The notes: generated by a model not told the origin, from the sequence alone. Positions 48,608 to 58,152 are shown, numbered from the stretch's first letter. The stretch is 64,000 nucleotides of DNA from an uncultured Actinomycetes bacterium (GCA_963772975.1 CAVYZH010000005.1:142207-206206), one strand, 5' to 3'. Numbers and translations: made by a program.

Positions 48608-49897
48608 ATGAAGGCACGGAGATTGCGGATCGGAGCAGCGGCGGCAGGGCTGACGGCGGTCGTCCTGTTCCTCGGCGGCGCTCTGCACGGCTCGCCGCGC
48701 GCGAGCTCCGCCGCGGTGGCACAGCCGCCCGCGGCGGACGACACGGCGACGCAGATCGCGAAGCTCCAGGGCGAGCTCCGCGCGAGCCGCGACGACGTCC
48801 GTTCGCTCGACGCGCTCGGGCTCGCCTACCAGCAGCGGGCGCGCGAGACGGGCGACCCGACCTACTACACGAAGTCCGACGAGGTGCTGCGCCGGGCGCT
48901 GCGCCTCGCGCCGCGCGACCTGCTCGCGACCAGCGGGCTCGGCTCGCTCGCGCTCTCGCGGCACCGCTTCCGCGAGGCGCTCGCGCTCGGCCGCCGCGCA
49001 CGGTCGATCTCGCCGACGACGGCGCGCAACTACGGCGTGATCGGCGACGCACTCGTCGAGCTGGGACGCTACCGCCAGGGCTTCCAGGCGTTCGACACGA
49101 TGGCGAGCATGCGCCCCGACGTCTCGTCGTACGCACGCATCGGGCACGCCCGCCTGCTGCTCGGCGATGTCTCCGGAGCGCTTGACGCCTTCAGGGCCGC
49201 GCTCGATGCCTCGCTCGGACAGGGCGAGACCGAGGCGTGGACCCGGGTGCAGCTCAGCAAGGCCGCCTTCTCGGTCGGCCGGCTCGGGCCCGCGCTCGAG
49301 CAGGCCCGCGCCGCCGTACGAGCTTTTCCCGGCTACGCCCCGGCCTACGACGCGCTGGCCTGGGCCGAGTACGGCCACGGGCACGTCCAGGCGGCGATCG
49401 CCGCCGAGCAGGAGGCGGTCAACCGGATCCCGCTGCCGCAGTACGTGGCGATGCTCGGCGACCTCCAGCGCTCGGTCGGGCAGACCGCGCAGGCACGCAG
49501 GCAGTACGCGCTGATCGGCGTCATCCAGCGGCTGCTCGTCGCGAGCGGCGTCAAGACCGACCTCGAGACAGCGCTCTTCGACGTCGACCATGGCTTCAGC
49601 CTGCCGGCCTCGCTCGCGCTTGCACGGCGCGCGCAGCGTGAGCGCCCGTCGATCGACGGTGACGACGTCCTGGCTTGGGCGCTCGACCGGACCGGCCACT
49701 GCGGCGAGGCGCTGCGCTTCTCCGAGCGCGCCCTCCGGCTCGGGACGCTCGATGCGCTCAAGTACTTCCACCGCGGCGAGATCGAGCGATGCCTCGGCCA
49801 CGGGGCAGCAGCCCGGAGCTGGTTCGGCCGCGCGCTGGCGCTGAACCCGCGCTTCTCGGTGCTGTGGGCTCCCGTGGCGAGGGAGGGGCTGCGATGA
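48608..49897 (+). CDS. Secreted tetratricopeptide-repeat protein
   Basis: Signal peptide, then multiple TPR-like helices (LGLAYQQRARETGDPTYYTKSDEVLRRAL...; YDALAWAEYGHGHVQAAI...). Confidence 0.8.
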   Translation: MKARRLRIGAAAAGLTAVVLFLGGALHGSPRASSAAVAQPPAADDTATQIAKLQGELRASRDDVRSLDALGLAYQQRARETGDPTYYTKSDEVLRRALRLAPRDLLATSGLGSLALSRHRFREALALGRRARSISPTTARNYGVIGDALVELGRYRQGFQAFDTMASMRPDVSSYARIGHARLLLGDVSGALDAFRAALDASLGQGETEAWTRVQLSKAAFSVGRLGPALEQARAAVRAFPGYAPAYDALAWAEYGHGHVQAAIAAEQEAVNRIPLPQYVAMLGDLQRSVGQTAQARRQYALIGVIQRLLVASGVKTDLETALFDVDHGFSLPASLALARRAQRERPSIDGDDVLAWALDRTGHCGEALRFSERALRLGTLDALKYFHRGEIERCLGHGAAARSWFGRALALNPRFSVLWAPVAREGLR

Positions 49898-51192
49898 AGC
49901 GCCTCGTCGTCCTGCTCACGGTCGCGGCCGCGCTGATCGGTCCGGCGGCGGCCTCCGCGCACCCGCTCGGCAACTTCACGATCAACCGCTTCAGCCGCGT
50001 CGAGGTCTCGGGCCCGCGCGTCTACGTGCGTTACGTGCTCGACCTGGCCGAGATCCCGACCTTCCAAGCGGGGCACATCGACCGGCGGGCGTACGCCACC
50101 CGGATCGCGCGCAACGCCAAGCTCGAGCTCGACGGGCGGCCGGCAACCCTCGTGCCGCTGCGAACTGCGCTGGCGCACCCGCTCGGTGCCGGCGGGCTGC
50201 ACACCACCCGCTTCGAGGTGATCCTGCGCGGCCCGCTCCTGGACGGCTCGACGCACGTGACCTACCACGACGGCAACTACTCGGACCGGATCGGCTGGAA
50301 GGAGATCGTCGTCGGCGCAACGACCCCGAGCACGAGCCACGAGCTGCGCGCGTACCCGAAGGACCTGCTCGAGAGCCCGCTCGATGTGACGTCGGCGTCC
50401 GCCTCGCTTTCCCCTGGCAGCGGCGCCGACGTCGCTCCCCCACTCTCGAACGGCACCAGCCTGCAGGCCCCCGACCGGATCGCGGACGCCGGCTTCGCAT
50501 CGCTCGTCGGCCGTTCGGACCTGAGCCTGCTGGTGATCCTCGCCTCGCTGGCGGCGGCACTCTTCTGGGGCGCCGCGCACGCGCTCTCGCCCGGACACGG
50601 CAAGACGATCATCACCGCCTACCTCGTCGGCCAGCGCGGGACGCCGCGCCACGCCGCGCTGCTCGGGCTGATCGTGACGATCACGCACACGATCGGCGTC
50701 TTCAGCCTCGGGCTGGTGACACTCGCGCTCTCGCAGTTCATCGTCCCCGACCGGCTCTACCCGTGGCTGAACCTCGTCTCGGGACTGCTCGTCGTCGGCA
50801 TCGGCGCGTCGGTGCTGCGCTCGCGCTGGCGGCGCAGCCGCCATCACCACCACCATCATCACCACCACGGCGAGGAGGGCACAAGCTTCCGCTCGCTGCT
50901 CGCGGTCGGCGTGTCGGGCGGGCTGCTGCCCTGTCCGTCGGCGCTGGTCGTCCTGCTCGCGGCGATCTCGCTGCACCGGGTCGCCTTCGGGCTGCTGCTG
51001 ATCCTCGCCTTCAGCGCGGGGCTCGCGCTCACGATCACCGGCATCGGCCTCGCCGCGGTCCTGGCCCGGACGGCCTTCCGCCGCGTGTCCTTCGAAGGCC
51101 GGCTGGTTCGGCTTTTGCCCGCCGCCAGCGCACTCGTCATCCTCGCGGCGGGGCTCGCCATGACCTTCCGCGCCGTACCGAAAGTGAGCTGA
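49894..51192 (+). CDS. NicO/RcnA-type nickel/cobalt transporter with N-terminal periplasmic domain and His-rich loop
   Basis: ATG 49894 (ATGA overlap). AHPLGNFTINRFSRVEV.... HALSPGHGKTIITAYL compares with E. coli RcnA HGLEPGHSKT. H9 run encoded at about 50841-50867. GGLLPCPSALVVLL compares with RcnA GGLIPCPAAITVLL. Confidence 0.85.
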   Translation: MKRLVVLLTVAAALIGPAAASAHPLGNFTINRFSRVEVSGPRVYVRYVLDLAEIPTFQAGHIDRRAYATRIARNAKLELDGRPATLVPLRTALAHPLGAGGLHTTRFEVILRGPLLDGSTHVTYHDGNYSDRIGWKEIVVGATTPSTSHELRAYPKDLLESPLDVTSASASLSPGSGADVAPPLSNGTSLQAPDRIADAGFASLVGRSDLSLLVILASLAAALFWGAAHALSPGHGKTIITAYLVGQRGTPRHAALLGLIVTITHTIGVFSLGLVTLALSQFIVPDRLYPWLNLVSGLLVVGIGASVLRSRWRRSRHHHHHHHHHGEEGTSFRSLLAVGVSGGLLPCPSALVVLLAAISLHRVAFGLLLILAFSAGLALTITGIGLAAVLARTAFRRVSFEGRLVRLLPAASALVILAAGLAMTFRAVPKVS

Positions 51193-51194
51193 CC

Positions 51195-51878
51195 GTGTTC
51201 GGACTCGACACCTGGGTCGCATCGTTCTCCGACGGCGCGACGCTCGGGCTGGTCTGCCTGGTCGCGATGGTGCTCGGCCTCCGCCATGCGACCGATCCGG
51301 ATCACCTCGCCGCCGTCTCGACGCTGATCGCCGGTACCCGCGAGCGCGCCACCCGAGCGGCCGCCAGGCTCGGCCTCTGCTGGGGCCTCGGCCATGCGAC
51401 GACCCTGTTCGCCTTCGGTTTGCCGATCGTGCTCTTCCAGAGCTACCTGCCCGAGCCCGCGCAGGAGGCCGCGGAGACGACCGTCGGCCTCGTGATCGTT
51501 GCTCTCGCAGTGTCGCTGCTCCTGCGCTGGCACCGCGGCGCCTTCCACACGCACCACCACCCGCCCAGGCGCGCGCGCTCGCCGCTGCAGGCGTACGGGA
51601 TCGGCCTCGTGCACGGGATGGGCGGCAGCGCGGGCGTCGGCGTCCTGCTGCTGGCCTCGATCCACAACGAGGAGATCGCGGTCGCGGCCCTCGGGCTGTT
51701 CGCACTCTGCACCGCGCTCTCGATGGCGGCGCTCTCGACGGGGCTCGGCTTTACGCTCGAGCGCGGGCGCATCGGCCGCGTCTTCCCCACGCTCGCACCG
51801 GTGGTGGGCGTGCTGAGCCTGTCCTTCGGCCTCTGGTACGCGCTGGGGGCCCTTCAGGTTGCCCCTTACTATTTCTAG
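51195..51878 (+). CDS. NicO/UreH-like nickel/cobalt transporter family membrane protein
   Basis: GTG 51195 inside track ORF 50763..51878. LGLRHATDPDHLAAV (H-x4-DH signature), HTHHH loop, GLVHGMGGSAG. Confidence 0.75.
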   Translation: MFGLDTWVASFSDGATLGLVCLVAMVLGLRHATDPDHLAAVSTLIAGTRERATRAAARLGLCWGLGHATTLFAFGLPIVLFQSYLPEPAQEAAETTVGLVIVALAVSLLLRWHRGAFHTHHHPPRRARSPLQAYGIGLVHGMGGSAGVGVLLLASIHNEEIAVAALGLFALCTALSMAALSTGLGFTLERGRIGRVFPTLAPVVGVLSLSFGLWYALGALQVAPYYF

Positions 51879-52541
51879 ATGGCGACAGATCCGCATGCCG
51901 ATGTCGCGGCCTACGCCATGGACGCCCTAGACGTCGACGAGGAGCGCGCGTTCGAGGAGCACCTCGCCTCGTGCGAGGCCTGCCGCGAAGAGCTCGCGAG
52001 CCTGCGGGAGACGACCGCGGCCCTCGCGTACGGCGCCGTCGGCCCGGCCCCACCGGCGGAGCTGAAGCTCCGGATCCTCGACCAGGCGAGGGCCGAGCGC
52101 CCGAACGTCACCTCGCTGCCACGGCGCCGCTCGTGGACGGCGCCGCTCGCCGCTGCGGCTGCCATTGCCGCGGCCGTCGCGATCGGCGTCGGCGTCTGGG
52201 CGGCCACCCGCCCGGCCACGAACGACGCGTTCACGTCGGTGCTCGCTAAGCCCGGCGCGAAGCTCGTGCCGATGGGCGATCGCGCCACGCTGGCGGTCGC
52301 GCCAGACGGCACGGCCGCGATCGCGCTCACGGTCCCGCGCGCGCCCGCGGGGAAGACCTACGAGGCCTGGGTGATCCGCGACGGCGCGGCAAAGCGCGCC
52401 GGCCTTTTCTCCGGGTCGACCGCGCTCCGGATCCAGCGCCCGGTCAAGCCTGGCTCGGTCGTCGCCGTCACGCTCGAGCGCTCCGGCGGCGTCGACCAGC
52501 CGACGAGCAAGCCGCTCGCCGCCAGCAGGGCGGTCTCGTGA
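51879..52541 (+). CDS. Anti-sigma factor (zf-HC2 N-terminus, TM, RskA-like extracytoplasmic domain)
   Basis: EEHLASCEACREELASLRETTAAL, a TM segment (APLAAAAAIAAAVAIGVGVWA), then ...KTYEAWVI.... Confidence 0.85.
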   Translation: MATDPHADVAAYAMDALDVDEERAFEEHLASCEACREELASLRETTAALAYGAVGPAPPAELKLRILDQARAERPNVTSLPRRRSWTAPLAAAAAIAAAVAIGVGVWAATRPATNDAFTSVLAKPGAKLVPMGDRATLAVAPDGTAAIALTVPRAPAGKTYEAWVIRDGAAKRAGLFSGSTALRIQRPVKPGSVVAVTLERSGGVDQPTSKPLAASRAVS

Positions 52542-53149
52542 CCGTCCTGACGGTACAGCCGCCGCCCGCGCGCCCGTCGCGTGACCTGGCGCGGCTCTCG
52601 GACGAGGCGCTGCTCTCGCTGGTCGCGGCCTCCGATGACGACGCGCTGGCCGCGCTCTACGACCGCTTCGGCCGCGTCGCGTACGGGCTCGCCCTGCGGA
52701 TCCTCCGCGACGAGACGCTCGCCCAGGATGCCGTCCAGGAGGCCTTCCTAGGCGTCTGGCGCAACGCCGACCGCTTCCTCGCCGAACGCGCCAAGGCAAG
52801 CACGTGGATTCTGACGCTCGTCCACCGCCGCGCAGTCGACCTCGTCCGCCGGGAGGACATCCGCCGCGGCGAGCCGCTCGAGCGCGCGCCCGAGCCGGCC
52901 GCGCCGACGACAACCGAGGACGAGGCCTCGCTCGACTTCCGGCGTAGGCTCGTGCAGGAGGCGCTCTCGCAACTGCCGGCCGAGCAGCGCGAGGCGCTCG
53001 AGCTCGGCTACTACGGCGGCCTCACCCAGAGCGAGCTCGCCGAGCGGCTTGACCAGCCGCTCGGCACGATCAAGAGCCGGATGTTCACCGGTCTCACGCG
53101 GCTTCGCGACCTGCTCGACCAGGCCGGTCTCGAAGGCTCGTACCCGTAG
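52538..53149 (+). CDS. ECF (group 4) RNA polymerase sigma factor
   Basis: ALAALYDRFGRVAYGLALRILRDETLAQDAVQEAFLGVW (region 2)...REALELGYYGGLTQSELAERLDQPLGTIKSRM (region 4). Confidence 0.9.
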   Translation: MTVLTVQPPPARPSRDLARLSDEALLSLVAASDDDALAALYDRFGRVAYGLALRILRDETLAQDAVQEAFLGVWRNADRFLAERAKASTWILTLVHRRAVDLVRREDIRRGEPLERAPEPAAPTTTEDEASLDFRRRLVQEALSQLPAEQREALELGYYGGLTQSELAERLDQPLGTIKSRMFTGLTRLRDLLDQAGLEGSYP

Positions 53150-53218
53150 GAGGGTTCGGCGGGACGCTGCACGCCCTCGGGGTGTGCTGGTCGTTCCGAG
53201 GCAAGGACGCAGGGAGTG

Positions 53219-53238
53219 CCGATAGCCGTAGCTATCGG
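53219..53238. promoter_or_regulatory. 8-4-8 palindrome CCGATAGC-CGTA-GCTATCGG upstream of argF
   Basis: Perfect arms at 53219-53226 and 53231-53238, about 90 nt upstream of the argF ATG. Function unknown. Confidence 0.25.
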
Positions 53239-53329
53239 TGCGACTGAGGACGCCGCCTCGGGGCGAGCAGCGCGGCCCGAGGGCCTCGTCAGTGTTCCGC
53301 CGGACCCTCCTAGTACGATCCGCGCTCGG

Positions 53330-54262
53330 ATGAGCGCAATCGCCGAGAGCCTCAAGGGCCGCAGCTTCACCCGCGTCGCCGACTGGAGCCGCGACGAGCT
53401 CGAGTCGGTGCTCGACTTCGCGGACGACCTCAAGCAGCGGCAGCAACGGCGCGAGGAGCACCACATCCTCCCCGGCCGCACGCTCGCGATGATCTTCCAG
53501 AAGCCCTCGACGCGCACCCGTGTCTCGTTCGAGGTCGGGATGACGCAGCTCGGCGGGCACGCGCTCTATCTCGCCGCCGGCGACCTCCAGCTCGGCCGTG
53601 GCGAGACGCTCAGGGACACCGCGAGCGTGCTCTCGCGCTACGTCGACGGGATCATGATCCGCACGTTCGACCAGGCCGACGTGGAGGAGCTCGCCCGCTA
53701 CGCCTCGATCCCGGTGATCAACGGCCTGACCGACATCTCCCACCCCTGCCAGGCGCTCGCCGACGTGATGACGATCCGCGAGCGGCTCGGGCGGATCGAG
53801 GGCGTGCGGGTCGCCTACCTCGGCGACGGCAATAACGTCTGCGCCTCGTTGATGGTCGCCTGCGCCAAGCTCGGCGCGCCCTTCGTGGCCGCGTCGCCCG
53901 AGGGCTACGAGGTGTGGCCAGAGGCCGTCGAGCTCGCACGCGAGGCCGGCGGCGAGGTCGATCTCACCAACGACCCGCGCGCGGCCGCCGAGGGCGCCGA
54001 CGTCCTCTACACCGACGTCTGGACGAGCATGGGTCAGGAGGAAGAGCGCGAGCGGCGGCTGCGCGACCTGGCCGGGTTCGGCATCGACGCAGAGCTCGTG
54101 GGGCTCGCGAACGACGACGCGATCGTCCTCCACTGCCTCCCCGCCCACTACGGTGAGGAGATCACCGAAGACGTGCTCTACGGGCCGCACTCGGCGGTCT
54201 GGGACGAGGCCGAGAACCGTCTGCACGCGCAGAAGGCCTTGCTCGCGCTCGTGATCTCGTAG
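53330..54262 (+). CDS. argF: Ornithine carbamoyltransferase
   Basis: ATG 53330 inside track ORF 53216..54262: ...LAMIFQKPSTRTRVSFEVG...SRYVDGIMIRT...HPCQALAD...DVWTSMG...VLHCLPA. Confidence 0.93.
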   Translation: MSAIAESLKGRSFTRVADWSRDELESVLDFADDLKQRQQRREEHHILPGRTLAMIFQKPSTRTRVSFEVGMTQLGGHALYLAAGDLQLGRGETLRDTASVLSRYVDGIMIRTFDQADVEELARYASIPVINGLTDISHPCQALADVMTIRERLGRIEGVRVAYLGDGNNVCASLMVACAKLGAPFVAASPEGYEVWPEAVELAREAGGEVDLTNDPRAAAEGADVLYTDVWTSMGQEEERERRLRDLAGFGIDAELVGLANDDAIVLHCLPAHYGEEITEDVLYGPHSAVWDEAENRLHAQKALLALVIS

Positions 54263-54275
54263 CCTCCGCGCGGCG

Positions 54276-54980
54276 ATGCTGCCGCTGAAGGACAACGTCC
54301 CGACGAGGGCGTTCCCGGCCGTGACCGTCGCGCTGATCACCGCGAACGTGATCGTCTGGCTGTGGGAGTGGCAGACCGGGGTCGAGAAGGAGGTCCTGCA
54401 CTACGGCTACTACCCGTGCTCGGTCGAGGGGCCGTGCGTGGCGCCGGCCTCGACCTTCGACCACTTGCCCTGGTTCGCGAGCGTGTTCACCTCGATGTTC
54501 ATGCACGCGAGCTGGATCCACATCGGCGGGAACATGCTCTTCCTCTGGATCTTCGGCAACAACGTCGAGGACTCGATGGGCCGCGCGCGCTTTCTCGTCT
54601 GGTACCTGCTGGCCGGCCTGGCCGCGACGGCGACGCAGACGGTCGTCACGCTCGCCTCCACCGACGCGGCCGGCGCCAGCATCCCGAACATCGGCGCGTC
54701 GGGCGCGATCGCGGGTGTGCTCGGCGCCTACTTGCTGCTGCTGCCGCAGGCGAGCGTGCTGACAGCATTCATCATTGGCCTGATCTTCCTGCGCGAGATC
54801 CCGGCGGTGTGGTTCATCGGCATCTGGTTCCTGCTTCAGCTCGTCGAGGGCGGCTTCTCGGTCGTGCAGCCGCAGGCGGGCGGCGGCACGGCCTTCTTCG
54901 CCCACGTCGGCGGCTTCGTCTTCGGGTTGGCGACGGTCCGCCTCTTCGCCGAGCGACCACCGTTACGGCCCGCCTGGTGA
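54276..54980 (+). CDS. Rhomboid-family intramembrane serine protease
   Basis: ...FTSMFMHASWIHIGGNMLFLWIFG...IGASGAIAGVLGAYL...AHVGGFVFG. Confidence 0.9.
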   Translation: MLPLKDNVPTRAFPAVTVALITANVIVWLWEWQTGVEKEVLHYGYYPCSVEGPCVAPASTFDHLPWFASVFTSMFMHASWIHIGGNMLFLWIFGNNVEDSMGRARFLVWYLLAGLAATATQTVVTLASTDAAGASIPNIGASGAIAGVLGAYLLLLPQASVLTAFIIGLIFLREIPAVWFIGIWFLLQLVEGGFSVVQPQAGGGTAFFAHVGGFVFGLATVRLFAERPPLRPAW

Positions 54981-55069
54981 GCTCCGGCGTGCTCACCGGG
55001 ATCGCGATCGCCGCCGGCGTGGTCGGTCTCGTCGTGCTCGTGCTCTACCTGCTCGGGCCCCGCGACTAG
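54977..55069 (+). CDS. Possible 30-aa single-TM peptide
   Basis: GTG 54977 overlaps the rhomboid stop (GTGA): VSSGVLTGIAIAAGVVGLVVLVLYLLGPRD. Speculative. Confidence 0.25.
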   Translation: MSSGVLTGIAIAAGVVGLVVLVLYLLGPRD

Positions 55070-55103
55070 GAATGTCGGCGGGGGAGAAATCGTTTTCAAA
55101 AGC

Positions 55104-55346
55104 ATGAGAACAATGGACGACATCCGCATCGAGCTCGACCAGGCGACCGAACGCCGGTCGGAGCTTTGGCATCTACTTTCGGACGGCCATGACGCCGCGC
55201 TCTCGAACGAGCTCCACGAGCTCGAGGAGCGCATTTCGGCGCTCTGGGACGAGCAGCGGACGCTCAAGGCGCAGCAGCGCTTCGGCGACCGCGACGAGAT
55301 CATCAAGCGCGCCCGGCACGAAGAGCGCCTGGCGCGAGCTGCCTAA
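55104..55346 (+). CDS. DUF2630-like small helical protein
   Basis: MDDIRIELDQATERRSELWHLLSDGHDAALSNELHELEERISALWDEQRTLKAQQRFG.... The start may be 55113. Confidence 0.7.
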   Translation: MRTMDDIRIELDQATERRSELWHLLSDGHDAALSNELHELEERISALWDEQRTLKAQQRFGDRDEIIKRARHEERLARAA

Positions 55347-55378
55347 GACCCCGGGATCTCTCCCCCGTGAACGAGAAG

Positions 55379-55410
55379 AGCCGGCGCTGGCCCGCCGGCT
55401 TCTCTCGTCT
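55379..55410 (+). terminator. Probable intrinsic terminator
   Basis: AGCCGGCG (55379-55386), loop ctggcc, CGCCGGCT (55393-55400), then TCTCTCGTCT. Confidence 0.45.
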
Positions 55411-55427
55411 CTAGACTAGGGAGTCCC

Positions 55428-55500
55428 GGGGCGTTAGCTCAGCTGGGAGAGCGCCGGCTTTGCAAGCCGGAGGTCACCGGTTCGATCCCGGTACGCTCCA
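55428..55500 (+). tRNA. tRNA-Ala (anticodon UGC)
   Basis: GGGGCGT-TA-GCTC-AGCTGGGA-GAGC-G-CCGGC-TTTGCAA-GCCGG-AGGTC-ACCGG-TTCGATC-CCGGT-ACGCTCC-A. G3:U70 present. Confidence 0.93.
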
Positions 55501-55700
55501 TCGCACGGAAAGGGCTTGTCTTAGCCGAAAACGCCCTGGTAGCGCTGACTCGGCCGACCGGCGTTGGGGCCTGAACCTGGCCTGAACGCCGAATCATCAG
55601 CCACGATCAGTAGTTTCGACCCAGCGTTCTTCAGTGCCCGCGCCGATGCCGGTCGCACAGAAGTGGGCCATGGTGTCTCCCTCGACGAAAGGAGGCTGAC

Positions 55701-55862
55701 ATGTACGCGCTGATGATTCTCATCGTCTTCGCGTTCGTCGTCGGGGTCGGGGCGGTGATCGTTTGGGCGCTCTTCGAGATGAGCCCGTTTGCGCACCACG
55801 TCGATCAGTTCCGCGATCCCGTGACAGGGCGAAAGCGCGGCGAGAGCCCACATCTCGAGTGA
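55701..55862 (+). CDS. Small membrane protein (53 aa), below the ORF-track cutoff
   Basis: AAGGAGG, 6 nt, then ATG 55701: MYALMILIVFAFVVGVGAVIVWALFEMSPFAHHVDQFRDPVTGRKRGESPHLE, stop TGA 55860-55862. Confidence 0.5.
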   Translation: MYALMILIVFAFVVGVGAVIVWALFEMSPFAHHVDQFRDPVTGRKRGESPHLE

Positions 55863-56169
55863 TAGTCAGATCTGGAAGCTTCCGCCACTAGCCGAGACTC
55901 ATTCTTCGACTAGTGCTTGGTCAGCGGCCTGCCCGCGCGTCATGGCTGGCTTTTCATTCAGGCTTGAGATGACGGAGGGCGTACCCGCAGACCCGCCGAG
56001 GCTTGAGGCCGCGGTGCCCGATTGGCGGCCCATCGTTGAGGAACTAGAGGATCCGTGCCGACCCGAGCTCGGGCACCGCGACTAACCGTACGCGACCTCG
56101 CCTCACGCACGATCAAGCGCGTGCGACGGCGCCTGATTACCGGCTCTCAGGAGAGGAGGCGCGTGATGC

Positions 56170-56697
56170 TCAGCACGAGCGGCACCCAACCGGCACGCCG
56201 ATCGTGAGCGGCACCTGGGCGTAAATGAAGCTGACTGCCCCTCGCCACCTCGCGTAGGCGGTGTTGATGACCACGCCTCCTTTGGCCGACGGTGGGACTC
56301 GCATCGTGAACTTGAAGATCACCGTTCCGCCGACCGGCAGCCGAGCGAATCTCCTGCAGACCAATCTGGCGCCACCCTCTACGAACCCAGGAGGCGCGCT
56401 AACGAGGATCAACCTGAGCGGAACCTGGTCACAGACCCGCACCAGACTGGCCGTGGCATCGCCGACGTTGGAGAGTCGCAGCAGGTAGGTGACGGTCTTC
56501 CCGCGGGTCGCCGTGCGTGGCGTGACCTTCAAGCCGATTGTGAGCCGGGCGGCTTGGGCGCTGAGCGGCGAGAACGCGGTCTTCTCCGCCCGCAGGCCAC
56601 CGGAAGCGGTGCCACCCAAACCCGCTGAGACGATCAGCAAGGCGCCAACTACGAGGGCGGTGACTGCGGCGACGCGCCGGAGACCTACACGGCACAT
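56170..56697 (-). CDS. Secreted DUF11-like (conserved repeat domain) protein
   Basis: Signal/TM N-terminus, then GKTVTYLLRLSNVGDATASLVRVCDQVPLRLILVSAPPG.... Confidence 0.6.
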   Translation of the reverse strand: MCRVGLRRVAAVTALVVGALLIVSAGLGGTASGGLRAEKTAFSPLSAQAARLTIGLKVTPRTATRGKTVTYLLRLSNVGDATASLVRVCDQVPLRLILVSAPPGFVEGGARLVCRRFARLPVGGTVIFKFTMRVPPSAKGGVVINTAYARWRGAVSFIYAQVPLTIGVPVGCRSC

Positions 56698-57087
56698 GAT
56701 GCGAACTTATACAAAAACCGCCCCGGCTGTCAAAGGCGCGCCGGCTGTCGAGCCGCGACCGGGTTAAGCAACCTCTTTGCCTGACCTATCTGTGGAACCA
56801 AAGTGAGTCGCCTGGGATCGTGAAAGCTCAGCATCGCTGCTCTCGCGCTACCCGCAAAGGAAGAGCGGCTGCGGCCTCGGCCAAAGCGAGCCGCGCCCGC
56901 CATGTCGGTCGCGGCGGGGACTAGGATCGGGTACACCAGGGAACCTATGAATCCCCGAGCAGCACAAGTATTGTCCCGTCTGACTTGCCGCCGATCTTGC
57001 TGCCGCCGATCTAGCTGTCTGCTGCTGCTCCCCGGATGTTCCAAGGTCCAGGACGATCTCGTCCGCTCATCCTCGACGAGGACCAGC

Positions 57088-57288
57088 ATCGAGCGCTGGG
57101 CGCGGGCTCGTCTGAACCTCAAGCCGGGCATCACCGGCTTATGGCAGGTGCTCGGCGCGAGCGACATCCCGTTTGATGAGATGACAAAGCTCGATTACCT
57201 TTATGTGACCAACTGGTCGCTCGCCGCGGATATGCGTCTGCTGCTGCTAACGCTGCCGTCACTCACGCGAGCCCGAACCGCCTACTAG
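57088..57288 (+). pseudogene. 3'-terminal remnant of a polyprenyl-phosphate sugar phosphotransferase (bacterial sugar transferase family)
   Basis: Only the last ~65 aa of the family are present: IERWARARLNLKPGITGLWQVLGASDIPFDEMTKLDYLYVTNWSLAADMRLLLLTLPSLTRARTAY. The upstream part of track ORF 56902..57288 has no family similarity, and it contains a 15-nt tandem duplication at 56986-57015. Confidence 0.7.
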
Positions 57289-57533
57289 CGCATGTCTCAA
57301 ACTACTCGTCCAGTTCGGGGTTCTTGCGGCGCCACGCCTCTGGGTGACGGCGAGCCATGGAAATGGGGTCGCGGAATATGATCGGCAGGTCGGGGTGGCG
57401 TCAGACTCAGCGACGGACATGGTGGGCGGGCCGGCTCACTCTCGCATGTTCCACATTCTTGCTCGCCCTGGTGACTCTCGTACCCTCCGCGACTCCTGCA
57501 CAGAGCGCCGCGGGACTCGTTGCTGGCTATGCG

Positions 57534-58152
57534 TTCAACGAGGGGTCGGGGACGACGGCTGCGGATGCGTCGGGGAGTGGACTGACGGGCACGCTGACGA
57601 ACGGGGCGGGCATGGGGAACGGGCCGGAACGCAGGTGCGGTGTTGTTGGATGGTGTGGACGACTTTGTCGAGCTGGGGAATCCGGCACTGCTGCAGCTGA
57701 CGGGAAGCATGACCGTGAGTGCGTGGTCAACTCGGCGGCGTTCCCGGTCGATGATGCGGCGATCGTCTCCAAGCGCGCGAGTGGCGAGATCGGCTATCAG
57801 CTCGACACGACGGTCGACCGGGGGCCGCGCACGATCGGGTTCAAGCTGACCAACAGCTCGGGCGGCACCATGTTCCGGTACGGGGCGACGACGCTGCAGG
57901 CGAACACCTGGTACTTCGTGACCGGCGTCTATGACGCGGCGACGTCTGCGTTGCACGTGTACCTGAACGGCCAGCTGGACGACGGCACGCTGCTCGGCAC
58001 GGTCACGGCGACGCAGCAGAACTCGTCTGCCAACGTCAACATCGGTCGGCGCCCAACCGGCAACAGCTTCAACTTCAACGGTCGTATCGACGACGTGCGC
58101 ATCTACGACCGAGCGTTGACACAGACCGAGATCCAGGCGGACATGAACACCC
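57534..58152 (+). repeat. LamG-domain direct repeat, copy 1 (~620 bp)
   Basis: Near-identical to 60400..61017 (about 17 substitutions and 3 single-nt indels by eye). Offset 2866/2865 nt. Confidence 0.85.

Noticed and set aside
48236-51896. Minus-strand ORFs 48236..49801, 49345..51705 and 50859..51896
   Set aside because: Antisense to the DUF4331/TPR/NicO operon. Their translations are Arg/Pro/Gly/Ala-rich.
55521-55853. 110-aa minus-strand ORF after tRNA-Ala
   Set aside because: It has no SD and odd composition. It is antisense to the better-supported 53-aa plus-strand ORF, which has an AAGGAGG ribosome-binding site.
55854-56070. Cluster of 6-bp restriction palindromes (XhoI-TGATAG-BglII-HindIII, SpeI, BamHI, SacI) that looks like a synthetic polylinker
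   Set aside because: In a ~50% GC stretch of ~300 nt, about five palindromic hexamers are expected by chance (64 of 4096 hexamers). No vector backbone features are present.
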